The translations under genes were made by a program, and so were the position numbers. Shown piece by piece: positions 38,727 to 48,580 of a stretch of 49,020 nucleotides of DNA. Below the pieces are notes generated by a model. The model had not been told where the DNA came from. It worked only from the letters and a program-made list of their open reading frames with translations, and made no database searches. The stretch covers positions 124,001-173,020 of the forward strand of contig LVLI01000100.1 of the NCBI GenBank assembly GCA_001687465.1, written 5' to 3'. Numbering within the stretch: position 1 is the stretch's first letter; each line of letters starts with the position of its first letter. Source of the DNA: Halocafeteria seosinensis. Lineage: Eukaryota.

Positions 38727-39695
38727 CTTTACTCTCGATAATGGAGTACCCTGACGTAGTCAATTTTTTTTGGGAGGGGGGATATACCGAAAACGAGTGG
38801 TCCTTTTGCCTTTGAGAGTGCGGTGGGCCAAGTGAACGGTCCGTTTACTATATCTGATACATACTCAAAGGATTCATCCCCCGTGAATCGATATAAGCTT
38901 CCTTTGCAATCATATACTCCAACAACACAATTTCATCGTTGTTGGAGTATAACACAATTTCATCAAAGCAACGTGCTACTGCCACTACTACACGTTGCCA
39001 AGATCTTAGTAGTAGGCCCTGTTTCTTGTGAAGTTCGGAGAGCGACGAAGTGGCACAGACTGCCGCACAGTGCCACAGTCTACCAGGTACTACTGGCAGG
39101 TAGGCTATGGAAGAACTTTCCAAGGCACGTGGGCAATAAATTATATGCTGGTATCCTCTCATGTCTTTGTTGAAGTGTACGCGTATAATCAACCAATCGA
39201 CCAACTTCAATATGCCAGAGCCGAATCAACTACTGAGGGCATTTTGTGGAAGGGACAGTCGTAAAGAGGAATACAAAGTGTCGATTTGATTCTACCCTGT
39301 TGCGAGAATCTTGCTGGCAAGCTCCGTATATAGTTCTGGTCGTCCTCGAGGAATCAGAGAGATTATGCAGGAGCCGTGGCAGCAGTGTGGTGACGGTGAT
39401 GTGCTTGCGAGGTCTCAAAAACGAATACAGGAAACAGCTTCATCGTCTCATAGTTTCCATGCCACCGGATCGTCGAAAGACTCAAAGGGAGGTCGACGAT
39501 CCTCGAAAACACCGACGTGGTGCGCAAAACACAGTGGGCTTGAACGCGTCAGTCGTGCTCCAATGCATACCGGTGTATACAGTGTAATCCCAGGAAAATG
39601 ATGCGGCACATCTTTGAGGGACTCTGCGCCCCTCCAGATAGCCATGATGCTTCGACCATAACTAACGTTTCAGAAATTAGGGGAAACGGGATTCT

Positions 39696-40361
39696 ATGGG
39701 GGTTCGAAAAAATTGTGGCCGAAATGGTTTTAATTCCCTCCTGCAGTTGATTTTCTTTCCCGCTCAGCTGTCAGTATTTTACAGCCAGTTTGAACGCACT
39801 TGGTTACGACTAGCTTCCTACCTCGAGCTTGGTCAAATAGATAGTGCTGATTCTCGCGGCGCCTTTCATAGAATGCTCAACGCTCGAAAATTTCGCCTCA
39901 TCAATGCGTCCAAGAGAGAATCCACCAAAACAGAAGAGCTGGTGCGTAAAACAAGCTCCGAGTGGTGTGGTGAAAGAATTGAAGATTTTACCAAAGGATT
40001 TTTGCTTGGAATACGCTTTATCCTTTCGGAATTGTTTTCTCAGGTTCGCGAATCTCTCCCTGCGCCATGGAGCGAAATAGTGTCTGCAAAACTCTCCCGG
40101 AAGCGAAGACGATCAAATAGTGATTCGATGGAGCGAACGGGCCAAAAGCGAAATCGATCCGATAGCGAAGTTAGTCAAAGCTCAACTATGTGCAGCTCGG
40201 ATAGGCTAAACGTGGAGAAAGGCCACAGTTGTATGCAACAGACGAAATTTCATGGTTTGATGCTCGTTGCAAATAGCGATATTGTTAACTCTTTGGAAAG
40301 GAAGAGCATTTACAGGGCAATTTCGGAGTTGGTACCCCGAGACAACGCACTCCTTGAATAG
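39696..40361 (+). CDS. Hypothetical ORF, possibly an exon of a degenerate gene
   Basis: 221-codon ORF with an NLS-like 'RKRRR'; no recognised domain. Confidence 0.3.
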   Translation: MGVRKNCGRNGFNSLLQLIFFPAQLSVFYSQFERTWLRLASYLELGQIDSADSRGAFHRMLNARKFRLINASKRESTKTEELVRKTSSEWCGERIEDFTKGFLLGIRFILSELFSQVRESLPAPWSEIVSAKLSRKRRRSNSDSMERTGQKRNRSDSEVSQSSTMCSSDRLNVEKGHSCMQQTKFHGLMLVANSDIVNSLERKSIYRAISELVPRDNALLE

Positions 40362-40923
40362 CAGCTCAAGACTTTCAAAAACCTGTAGAGTTGGAACGAA
40401 ATAGCGGAGGCAGGCGACGCTCTTCCAGTATGGACTACCCATGGGCTACCCCAACATTTCTTTTTGAGACACAAAGCCCAAGCGCCCCAGACGAATTGCG
40501 AGAATCTTTTTCAACAGAATATCGTAGCCATGGAGATGAAGATGGGAGCCAAAACGTCGCCCTCCAATATATACGTGAGCTAAAATAGAAGGTAGCGAAT
40601 AACTTATGCTGTAAGAACAGTGCGCGGTCATTGTATCGTCAGTTTTCTTTTGCTGTTCAAGCGTTGAAAGAGCAATACAGGATTGGACACTTCCAGTCTT
40701 TTGTCTTCTCTTACCAGTTCTTCCCCTCGTTCATTTAATGAATTAAAATCACTCTCCGCTTATACTAAAATACTAATGTTGATAAATGTTAAGACTGAAA
40801 AAGATAGAGATTAGGAGCTCTTTCACGAAAATCAGTCATTGATATCACTGCTCTTAAAGGGGTCCTTATGCTATGAGCTGGATATTACATATGGCATACT
40901 GGTAGATATTTGTATAGAGCCTT

Positions 40924-43281
40924 CTATGTGCCTAACTCCCAAAGACCTCCTCTTTTGCGTTTCGAAAGACAGATGTGCCGGCGCATGTCCTCTTGCCGAA
41001 TCATGGGACCCCCTGAGTGTTGGGTATACACGGAAGGAGGCGTATCCCAATCCATTACAGCCGCAACTAAAATACAGGCTTCCGTGCGTAATCTCAAGCG
41101 CTTTCGATAACCCCGTGCTTGTTCAATAGCCTCCCTCATTTTAGTTTCAAGGCGGTTCTTTCCGCGCATCTTGTTTTCAATAATGACATAGAATTCCCCC
41201 AGTTTCACGATAATATCAATCCTCTTTCTTCCCATTATCTGCTTTTCCACCGAAACCTTTATCTCTGGATGGCTCAGTTGCTCCGCAATCATATGGTAGA
41301 CCGCGGCCTGAAATGGTATTTCCCGTAAGGGCTTGCTCAAGAAATCCGCGTTGTTTCGACTTATTCTTTCCGCCCCAGTATTAACGCAGTCAATCACGCG
41401 TGTTAGTAATAATTCGGGATTAGCTGAAAGCCTGTTCACCTCCCTATTGGACAGGTTTCCTGGTGGGGGAAAGTAACCGCTTAGAAGATCAATTTGAAAT
41501 TCCAGGTTCCGAGCATCGTCCGAGGGAGTAAGAACAAGTTTCTCCTTATTCGAGTAACTGACTTGAAGCAAGCCCAAATAAAATAGCAGTATCAGAGGAG
41601 CTTGAGTACCTGATTTGTAAAAGTGCTCAATTCGTGACTGGGTAAACGTCGCTTGATCAACGGTCCCGCCCAGCATAGCATCGCGGAGTTGCTTACGGTC
41701 GACCCTCGCAGCAAGCATGGTTCCATATATATTTTTCGACTGCGAAAACCACATTAGGGGTGGTATTTCCTTCCCCGAGTCTTCCACATACTCGAGCAGC
41801 GTGAGTGCATCTAGCGGACTATACACCGGTACGTGCCCACTGTCTCCTATGTCCAACGCCATACAAAACCCGTTCACATTATCCCTCAACCAGTCGAAGA
41901 ATTCCTTCCGTTGAAGAGCTCGTTCAGTGCGTCTAGTGCGTGTAGCTAGGGGTGTACATATGTTGATGTCAGGTTTGGACGCCCAGTCTAGCACGCGATC
42001 TAATGACATGGACGTACTTGCATGGTCTTCTAAAGCAGTAGATAGCTCCCTTTCCGAGATTCCGAAGAATTCATGATACTTCTTGCGAAGCGTCAACACT
42101 TCAGATAACGGAAGATCCGACAAGCCAGTCTGACCAAGGGGAACAAGTGATATGATGCACGTGCCCCAAACAACGCTCTTCTCGAGGAGCGCCTTGATGC
42201 AGCGGCACCACACACCTAAACACCGCGTAACCTCATAATACCCTTCCCTCTCAGGCAATAACCGTCTACGGAGCGGCGGGAAGATACATAGATACCATGC
42301 CCAATACTCAAGCTTCTTCCCATATTCAAGCTCTCGAAAAGGAAAGTCATACTCGTCCATTAAAATTAGTATCTCCGAATTTACTTCATCACGGACATTG
42401 AGGAGTTCGTGTCTTTGTGAATATTCTTCTTGTGCTAATTCGCCGATTGCCGTTTCGTACAAATTCTTGAGAGTGGTAGGAGCAAAGTGGAGATACGAAC
42501 CGAAATCAACAGATGGTCCGGCTTGTACGCCGTGTGCTTGAAATTGCTCCTTTAATTGGTTGAGTAGAGTCTCTGGTTTTGAACACTCCAGCATGGTGAC
42601 GCTAATGACCGGTCTTAGAGGTTGTTCTAGGAACCACCTTCCCTCTTTTAGTGCAGCAACTGAGTCGTAAAATAATTTCGTTCTGTCCTTATTTACGTTC
42701 CACAGTGCACCCAAGATATATTCCACGAACTGTAACCACGTCGTTTTCCCACAGCGTCGTGGGTACGTGGCGAAACACACCCCAAGATGCGCTTGAGAAA
42801 CGTCCAGAACCGTTTTGTATGACTCTGTTTTGTCAATAAAGAGCCCTTGAGGTATCATGTCCAACAATGTACTTGCGGGGCTATTTTGCCGCTTGACCTT
42901 TTTAAATTCGTAACTCTTTTCCACCTTCCGCGCTGCTTGACGTAGCTTAATGTTTTCCTTGAGTTGCTTCTTAAGGGCTTCTACGGCAGGACGCTCAAAA
43001 TAAGGAAGCCGACGCAGGTCAGCGTTCTTGCGAAATTCTTCGGCAAAGCGTTTGAAAAACCAGTAGATAAGGAAAACTACTAGGAAAACGACTCCAGCGT
43101 AGGCAAGTAATAGTCTTCCAGTTTCGTCCAGAGCAGTGTAGAGAGCAGCAACCAACCCACCAAAAACGACAGTCATCGTTAAAGAGCTGTATGTTGCCTG
43201 TGGAGCTTGCTGTGCATTATGCATCAGGCGCTCGTCTCTGCGACGATCTGAGGGTGAATACCGCCGACGCATCGTCTCCAT
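40924..43281 (-). CDS. AAA-ATPase-like (PF09820-type) plus PD-(D/E)XK nuclease (PDDEXK_9-type) protein with two N-terminal TM helices (intronless)
   Basis: 'FIDKT', P-loop 'YPRRCGKTT', Walker B 'ILMDEYDFP', C-terminal 'E..FQ...E....KRIDIIV....IIENK...EAIEQ...Y'. Confidence 0.85.
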   Translation of the reverse strand: METMRRRYSPSDRRRDERLMHNAQQAPQATYSSLTMTVVFGGLVAALYTALDETGRLLLAYAGVVFLVVFLIYWFFKRFAEEFRKNADLRRLPYFERPAVEALKKQLKENIKLRQAARKVEKSYEFKKVKRQNSPASTLLDMIPQGLFIDKTESYKTVLDVSQAHLGVCFATYPRRCGKTTWLQFVEYILGALWNVNKDRTKLFYDSVAALKEGRWFLEQPLRPVISVTMLECSKPETLLNQLKEQFQAHGVQAGPSVDFGSYLHFAPTTLKNLYETAIGELAQEEYSQRHELLNVRDEVNSEILILMDEYDFPFRELEYGKKLEYWAWYLCIFPPLRRRLLPEREGYYEVTRCLGVWCRCIKALLEKSVVWGTCIISLVPLGQTGLSDLPLSEVLTLRKKYHEFFGISERELSTALEDHASTSMSLDRVLDWASKPDINICTPLATRTRRTERALQRKEFFDWLRDNVNGFCMALDIGDSGHVPVYSPLDALTLLEYVEDSGKEIPPLMWFSQSKNIYGTMLAARVDRKQLRDAMLGGTVDQATFTQSRIEHFYKSGTQAPLILLFYLGLLQVSYSNKEKLVLTPSDDARNLEFQIDLLSGYFPPPGNLSNREVNRLSANPELLLTRVIDCVNTGAERISRNNADFLSKPLREIPFQAAVYHMIAEQLSHPEIKVSVEKQIMGRKRIDIIVKLGEFYVIIENKMRGKNRLETKMREAIEQARGYRKRLRLRTEACILVAAVMDWDTPPSVYTQHSGGPMIRQEDMRRHICLSKRKRGGLWELGT

Positions 43282-43492
43282 AACAGAGTAGCTACACAGT
43301 CCACTTGTGCGTCCACGACAGGCCTTGAATTCACTCTAATGTAATGTATGTGCAATACAATCGAGTGCATTGCCAGACAACACAGCGACCTGCCCGTATT
43401 ATACGATATTCACGCTTCCCTCCACGAATAACCTCTTCAACCTTTTTGTTCCCCTATCATTCCCCTTCTCTAAGTACGCTAAAGGACGGGAT

Positions 43493-43894
43493 TGTTGATA
43501 CACAACATTCCGGTACTGCAGCACCGAAGGAAGAAGCCTTGCTATTGCTTACTTGTTTGTTTTGTACCACCTGTTACATATTGTCCCTATCGCAGCGTCC
43601 CGGATACAAGTGGTGTAGAAATGAATGCACACGGCCACCGGCAGCCGTTAATTTGCCAGGAATGCATTGCCCCCGTGGGTGCCCTTTGGAAAAACAACAA
43701 AAGGGGACACAAAGCGCGCGCGAGAGGAAACACCAGCGCAGGGATGGAACGACTTTCGAGAACGAAGTCCATCAATTCTCGACCAGAGGCAGTGACGAAG
43801 ATGGATCATCTCCGGTGGAATCCGGATGCGAGAACAGCCGAAGAGCAAGCTACACGAATTGACTTATACGTGCAAGAGGAAACTAACAACAATA
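43493..43894. mobile_element. Dispersed repeat copy 2, truncated by the TIR element
   Basis: Same orientation as 35801-36198. It differs by about ten substitutions and a 4-bp indel (counted by eye). Confidence 0.85.
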
Positions 43895-45274
43895 CCCTAG
43901 GATGCAGAAATAAGGGCCGATTCTCCGGTAACTTGAAGTTGCCAACATTCGGATGTCAATTTAAAGGGCCGATTCTTCAAAACGGTCGTATTTGAATGAT
44001 TCGAAGGTGTTTAACGGAGTGTAAGCAATCAAAATATAAAGAAAAATACATGTATATTGTGCTACATTTGCCTTCGCGGACTAAACCTTCATGGAAGTAC
44101 AGAAAATGGATGGAACAGATCTGAGGCTGAGCTGCGCGCCAAAACTTGGGCGTATGAAGCATCAAACTCATCGCCAAGGTTCTCCTGGAGCGATGGCGCA
44201 TACTGCCACGAGTTTTCAGTTTCTGAATAACCTTTTCATTTGTTAATAATGCGCTGTTCTTCGTCGTCTCCCGCAAGAAGCTCTCCACGACAAAAATGAC
44301 TGGTGATACACTCAGTGCCCACACATGGTTTTGAATCCGCCTGCTCCTCTTAGTCAATTACCTCTTGCAGCAGCTGCACAAGAAAGGATTTTGGAGCTCT
44401 AGTGCCTGCAAACCCCTTGTTTGAACAATAGCTCTAGCTCAGAACGGGTCATGCCGGGAAGAGAATCGGTTTGAACAGTTTGCGGCAAATTGCTTCCCGC
44501 ACTTGGAACCAACATGGATTTTACACAGGGAGTGGGAATGTAATACGTACCCACAGCACGGANCATCGGAGCATTGCGTAAGTCAGCAGATCCAAGCATT
44601 GACCCGAATTCTTTGAGGTCCAGAGGTTCAAGAAGCAGCTGAAGCAGTTCGTGCTGGGACAACAGTGCCGGAAGGATTACAACGAGCCCAAGTAAGTTCG
44701 CACCTTTGACGAATCTCCTCGTTCTGCTTGCGTCATGGAGCCCTACCCTTATGCATGCCCTTATTACAGGTGCGTCCGGGCTTGTGAATCGCTGCTGCGA
44801 AGAATTTTGAACTCGTTGCGTCTTGTGCAAGGAGATAAGAAGCGGCAATCTAAAACCCGTGGTAATTATGGTTGCTGAGAATGTATGTAATTGGTTTTCG
44901 TACGTCGGATCTGCCAACAACCCCCGAAAGGCGTGTGAGATGCGTGACTAGGAACCTAAGTCGAACTTCACAGTGGGTGGTTTTTTGCAATCGGTTGGCG
45001 AACGTTCTGGACATTCGCAAAACTTCCATCACCCCAAGGGGGAGGCAAAGGGGACACACAAATTGACCCCGGGCCACTTTTCGAGCCCTCTCGTGACCAA
45101 GAAATCGGACCATATCTTTGTAACCAGAAATGCTTTGAAAGCAAAAACTTGACAGAGTACACAAAATATGATTGCCGTTCTCATGGTATCGCTCTCTACC
45201 CAGTGGGAGACCTGCATAAGAGCGTCAATAATAAGGGCACATTTAGAATCGGCCCCTATTTCTGCATCCTAGGG
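43895..45274. mobile_element. Non-autonomous or decayed DNA transposon with 30 bp TIRs and TA flanks
   Basis: CCCTAGGATGCAGAAATAAGGGCCGATTCT at 43895-43924, and its reverse complement (1 mismatch) at 45245-45274. TA at 43893-43894 and 45275-45276. Confidence 0.88.
44130..44460 (-). pseudogene. Decayed SAP-like plus chromodomain coding remnant inside the TIR element
   Basis: 'ECITSH...IINK*KGYSETENSWQ' has TGA at 44238-44236 where chromodomains have Trp. Upstream is a frameshifted 'MTRSELELLFKQ..G..RAPKSFLVQLLQE'. Confidence 0.6.
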
Positions 45275-45642
45275 TATAATTACCGTGTGCAATGCATTGA
45301 GCAATGCGCAGGCGCATCCACCGGAGCATTCTTGACGAATTTTGTCGATGTTGAACCCCACGGTTTCCCTCGCTGAACTTCGTTTCCCACGGCCCTCAAG
45401 ACCTTTTTTGTTGCTACCAGTTGACAGACGATGAGGAGGCCGTGGATGCATACAATTACATAACCTTGCCGGACTGTATTGATAGGGTGTGCACACTAAA
45501 AGAAGAGGAAAACATTGAAAACTGATTTTTCCTTGGTGAAGCCGTCACGAAAAAAGAAGAGATACCACTCAATCTACGGTCTAGACTGTACTTTACAGGC
45601 TGCAAGTTACAGCCACTCGCACTGGACAACGGCGAAAGTAAA

Positions 45643-48024
45643 ATGGCGTTGGACGTCGCGTTGGGTGAATTCAGCTTTTGTCTTATATCACTCTTGATGA
45701 TATCCTTCAACAGCTCGACAGCTGCGAGGACACTTCCTGGCGTCATCGTTGTGCTTTATCTCCCTTCATTGGTCTACGGGCAAAAGGAAGGTCCTCATTC
45801 CAAAACGCCGGAAGCACTAAATCCTGATCTCCAAGTGGACATCAATCCTTGGCAAGCTCATAGAATTCCGGAGCGTATATCAGTGCTCTCAAACCATCTC
45901 CAATCGTTATGCAGCAATGTGAACGTGAGAACTCGGTTTCGGCCCCAGCCCATTAATGGTGGAGAATTGTCGAAACAAAAATTTGAAAGCGACAACGACG
46001 ATGGTAAGGACTTTTATATCTGCAGCTTGCGGCTTGTTACTCCTTCAAAGTTTATAAATACGTGTACGTCAGGATTGGCTCAGTGTCTTCAGAGGGAGAA
46101 AGTTGGAGACCTGCGGTCGGCGGGGGAACTGGGAACCAATCGCAGCAGTGAGCAACAACAGACCCTCAGTGCATTTTCAAGTCTGATATTTTTAGTAAAG
46201 AATCATATGAAGAATTCAAAAATTGAATTGGCTAGAGGCTGCCTAGGAAGTTTGAAGATCCAAGTAACCAACTCTGGAGGGCAAAAAATAATTTTCCCTT
46301 TAGAGTGTGATGGCTCCTTCTACTCCAAAGGGCAATCATGCTTGGTTATCTTCAGTCTCATTGTTGCTTTGAACTTTTGTTGGGATTTTGCAAAAACTTC
46401 GGCAGCTTCGGCAGAGGTATCCTGGCAACTAGTGCTTCGAAACGCTGTCAGGAAAATGGTTTCTTCTACCCTGTTGCGCTGTGTATCTTCGTTCCGGATG
46501 CTCCTGCGGCAAAATCCCATCAACAAGAAAAGGAAGCAACAGGAGTACTTCTTGGAGTTGACGAAGCGCCTAACTGGTGCTAAGCGACCTACTAACCCTG
46601 AATCGGCGGCTTTGTTATTCACTCTATCACTTTGCTGTCTTCCAGTAAAGATAAAGGGAAAGGACCTACGACCCGCGATTCTACATGGCGATGAACCATG
46701 CTTTGACTATATACCGCATCGAAACCTATTTGAAATGACTTGTGGTGCATTATCGTGGAGTACTGCAGGCTACGGGAAACAAGACTATATCTCGTTAGAT
46801 GCGAATGAGATATTTGATGGTGGTCGACAGAATTCGAACCTGATAGATTTGAATGGAATAAACACTTTTGAAGGAATATTCAAGATAATGGAAAATGTCA
46901 CCTCGTTTGATCAAGCTCCCTTGATTCGGAATCTTGACGTTAGGAATGGAGAAACTGCAAAACATGGTGGATTTATTGTTCAACAACAACAGAGATTCTT
47001 CATGCTAGACTCATGTAGCTCATCAGGAGATATTGTTTCTATAAACGGTGGAGGCATATGTGGTAGTCATAGTGGGCAAATCAAGATTTCCAATTCGTAC
47101 TCGACAGGGAGAATTTTGGGTATGAACGCAGGCGGTATCGCAGGACTTCAGGTAGGCGGCGATCACGGGGTTGTCAATATCACGGATTGTTATTCCACTG
47201 GGAATATTGTAGGGGACCACGCAGGTGGGATTTGTGGAAATGCTGCTGGTTTTTCGAGTGGTCAAGTGTATATAGTTCGTTCCTATTCTACAGGAGATAT
47301 TATTCTGGGTAAAGCGGGTGGTGGCATAGTTGGGCATGTTGCTGGGCAAACCACGGGACTAGTGTATATCAAAGAATGCTATAGTATGGAGAAAATATCT
47401 GCACAACATAGTGGAGGGATTAGTGGACCTGGTACAGCGCACACTGAGGGAGAAGTACATATTGTAGATTGCTATAGCCGAGGAGATATTAATGGCAACG
47501 GGGCAGGAGGAATTACGGGATACCAAACAGGAGGATGGGGCGAATACTCTACGGGCGATGTCTACATCGCCAATACATATGCATCGGGTGCAATCACTGG
47601 AAAAGATTCCGGAGGGATTATAGGGCATGTAGAAAGCGGTGTAAGTGGTACTATTCAAGTGAAATACTCGGTATACCGTAACGACACTGACAGGGTAGCG
47701 ACGCTTGTAGGACTGGACGAGAGCAACAACCAAGTTTCCGAGATAGGAAATTCAAATAACTTGACAGACATACGTGGAACACTGTATCACCATAGAGGGT
47801 TACAACGATGGTCTGATGACGTGTGGGCTATAGATGCAGATGGGGAGTCTCTGCCAATCCTGCACTTTCAACTGTATACGCGTACTCGTTTGCAGATGCC
47901 AACAGTCTCTCGAACCGGGACAAAACGAGTTCCATTAATACAATGTAGCAAGGCAGATATGAGGCACAGGCATGCCTTCGGAAATCTTTCGGTTAGGCGA
48001 AAAGCTAGGACCTCAGTCATTTGA
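45643..48024 (+). CDS. GLUG-like repeat (beta-helix) protein; true start uncertain, the repeat domain begins at ~46735
   Basis: About seven repeats of 'IxxCYSTGxIxGxxAGGIxG'; intronless 793-codon ORF. Confidence 0.7.
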   Translation: MALDVALGEFSFCLISLLMISFNSSTAARTLPGVIVVLYLPSLVYGQKEGPHSKTPEALNPDLQVDINPWQAHRIPERISVLSNHLQSLCSNVNVRTRFRPQPINGGELSKQKFESDNDDGKDFYICSLRLVTPSKFINTCTSGLAQCLQREKVGDLRSAGELGTNRSSEQQQTLSAFSSLIFLVKNHMKNSKIELARGCLGSLKIQVTNSGGQKIIFPLECDGSFYSKGQSCLVIFSLIVALNFCWDFAKTSAASAEVSWQLVLRNAVRKMVSSTLLRCVSSFRMLLRQNPINKKRKQQEYFLELTKRLTGAKRPTNPESAALLFTLSLCCLPVKIKGKDLRPAILHGDEPCFDYIPHRNLFEMTCGALSWSTAGYGKQDYISLDANEIFDGGRQNSNLIDLNGINTFEGIFKIMENVTSFDQAPLIRNLDVRNGETAKHGGFIVQQQQRFFMLDSCSSSGDIVSINGGGICGSHSGQIKISNSYSTGRILGMNAGGIAGLQVGGDHGVVNITDCYSTGNIVGDHAGGICGNAAGFSSGQVYIVRSYSTGDIILGKAGGGIVGHVAGQTTGLVYIKECYSMEKISAQHSGGISGPGTAHTEGEVHIVDCYSRGDINGNGAGGITGYQTGGWGEYSTGDVYIANTYASGAITGKDSGGIIGHVESGVSGTIQVKYSVYRNDTDRVATLVGLDESNNQVSEIGNSNNLTDIRGTLYHHRGLQRWSDDVWAIDADGESLPILHFQLYTRTRLQMPTVSRTGTKRVPLIQCSKADMRHRHAFGNLSVRRKARTSVI

Positions 48025-48580
48025 CTCTCTGCCGTAGCAACTCTTTCGGCGATACGAACGGCGTTACATGCATCCCAAAACATCCCCGTGTCCGATGTTG
48101 AAAGCTACGGTATGTTTTTCTACAGATTAAAACCAGCTAGAGCAAGCTGGGTCAAGACGAACGCGGGATGCTTAATCCCCCTCAGAATACTGCAGCAGCG
48201 CTGTTTATACCGCCGCTAGTGCCCGGTATGAGCCCAGTTGCTTTACCACAGTAGTATCCTTCAGCGAGGGCCGACCTACACACGGCGAAACCGCTGACAA
48301 ATACCGTCTAGCATCATTTTCCTTACGCTTATTTAATAAACATGTTACATATTACAGTTATATGCGTCCACGATTCCAGCGTTGACGCGAAGCACGTAAA
48401 TTGGGCCCGGCTGTGCGTATTTTTTACGGGGGAGACAAAGGGGGAGACCCAACCCCGGCCGTCTTTTTTCGGGGGCGGAAACTGGCTTCAACTTCAACGA
48501 CCTGCAACAAACTTCAACCGGCGTGCGGATACGCAGTCGGGTATGGTTTGGTATTAAAACGATACTGTTCAATCAACAAC

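Noticed and set aside
39230..39420. Possible degenerate integrase 'GHF.GRD' motif
   Set aside because: It requires several assumed frameshifts and is not supportable.
44236..44238. In-frame TGA in the chromodomain as Sec or TGA=Trp recoding
   Set aside because: The same frame has a nearby TAA and frameshifts, so it is simple TGG>TGA decay; TGA ends intact genes in this window.
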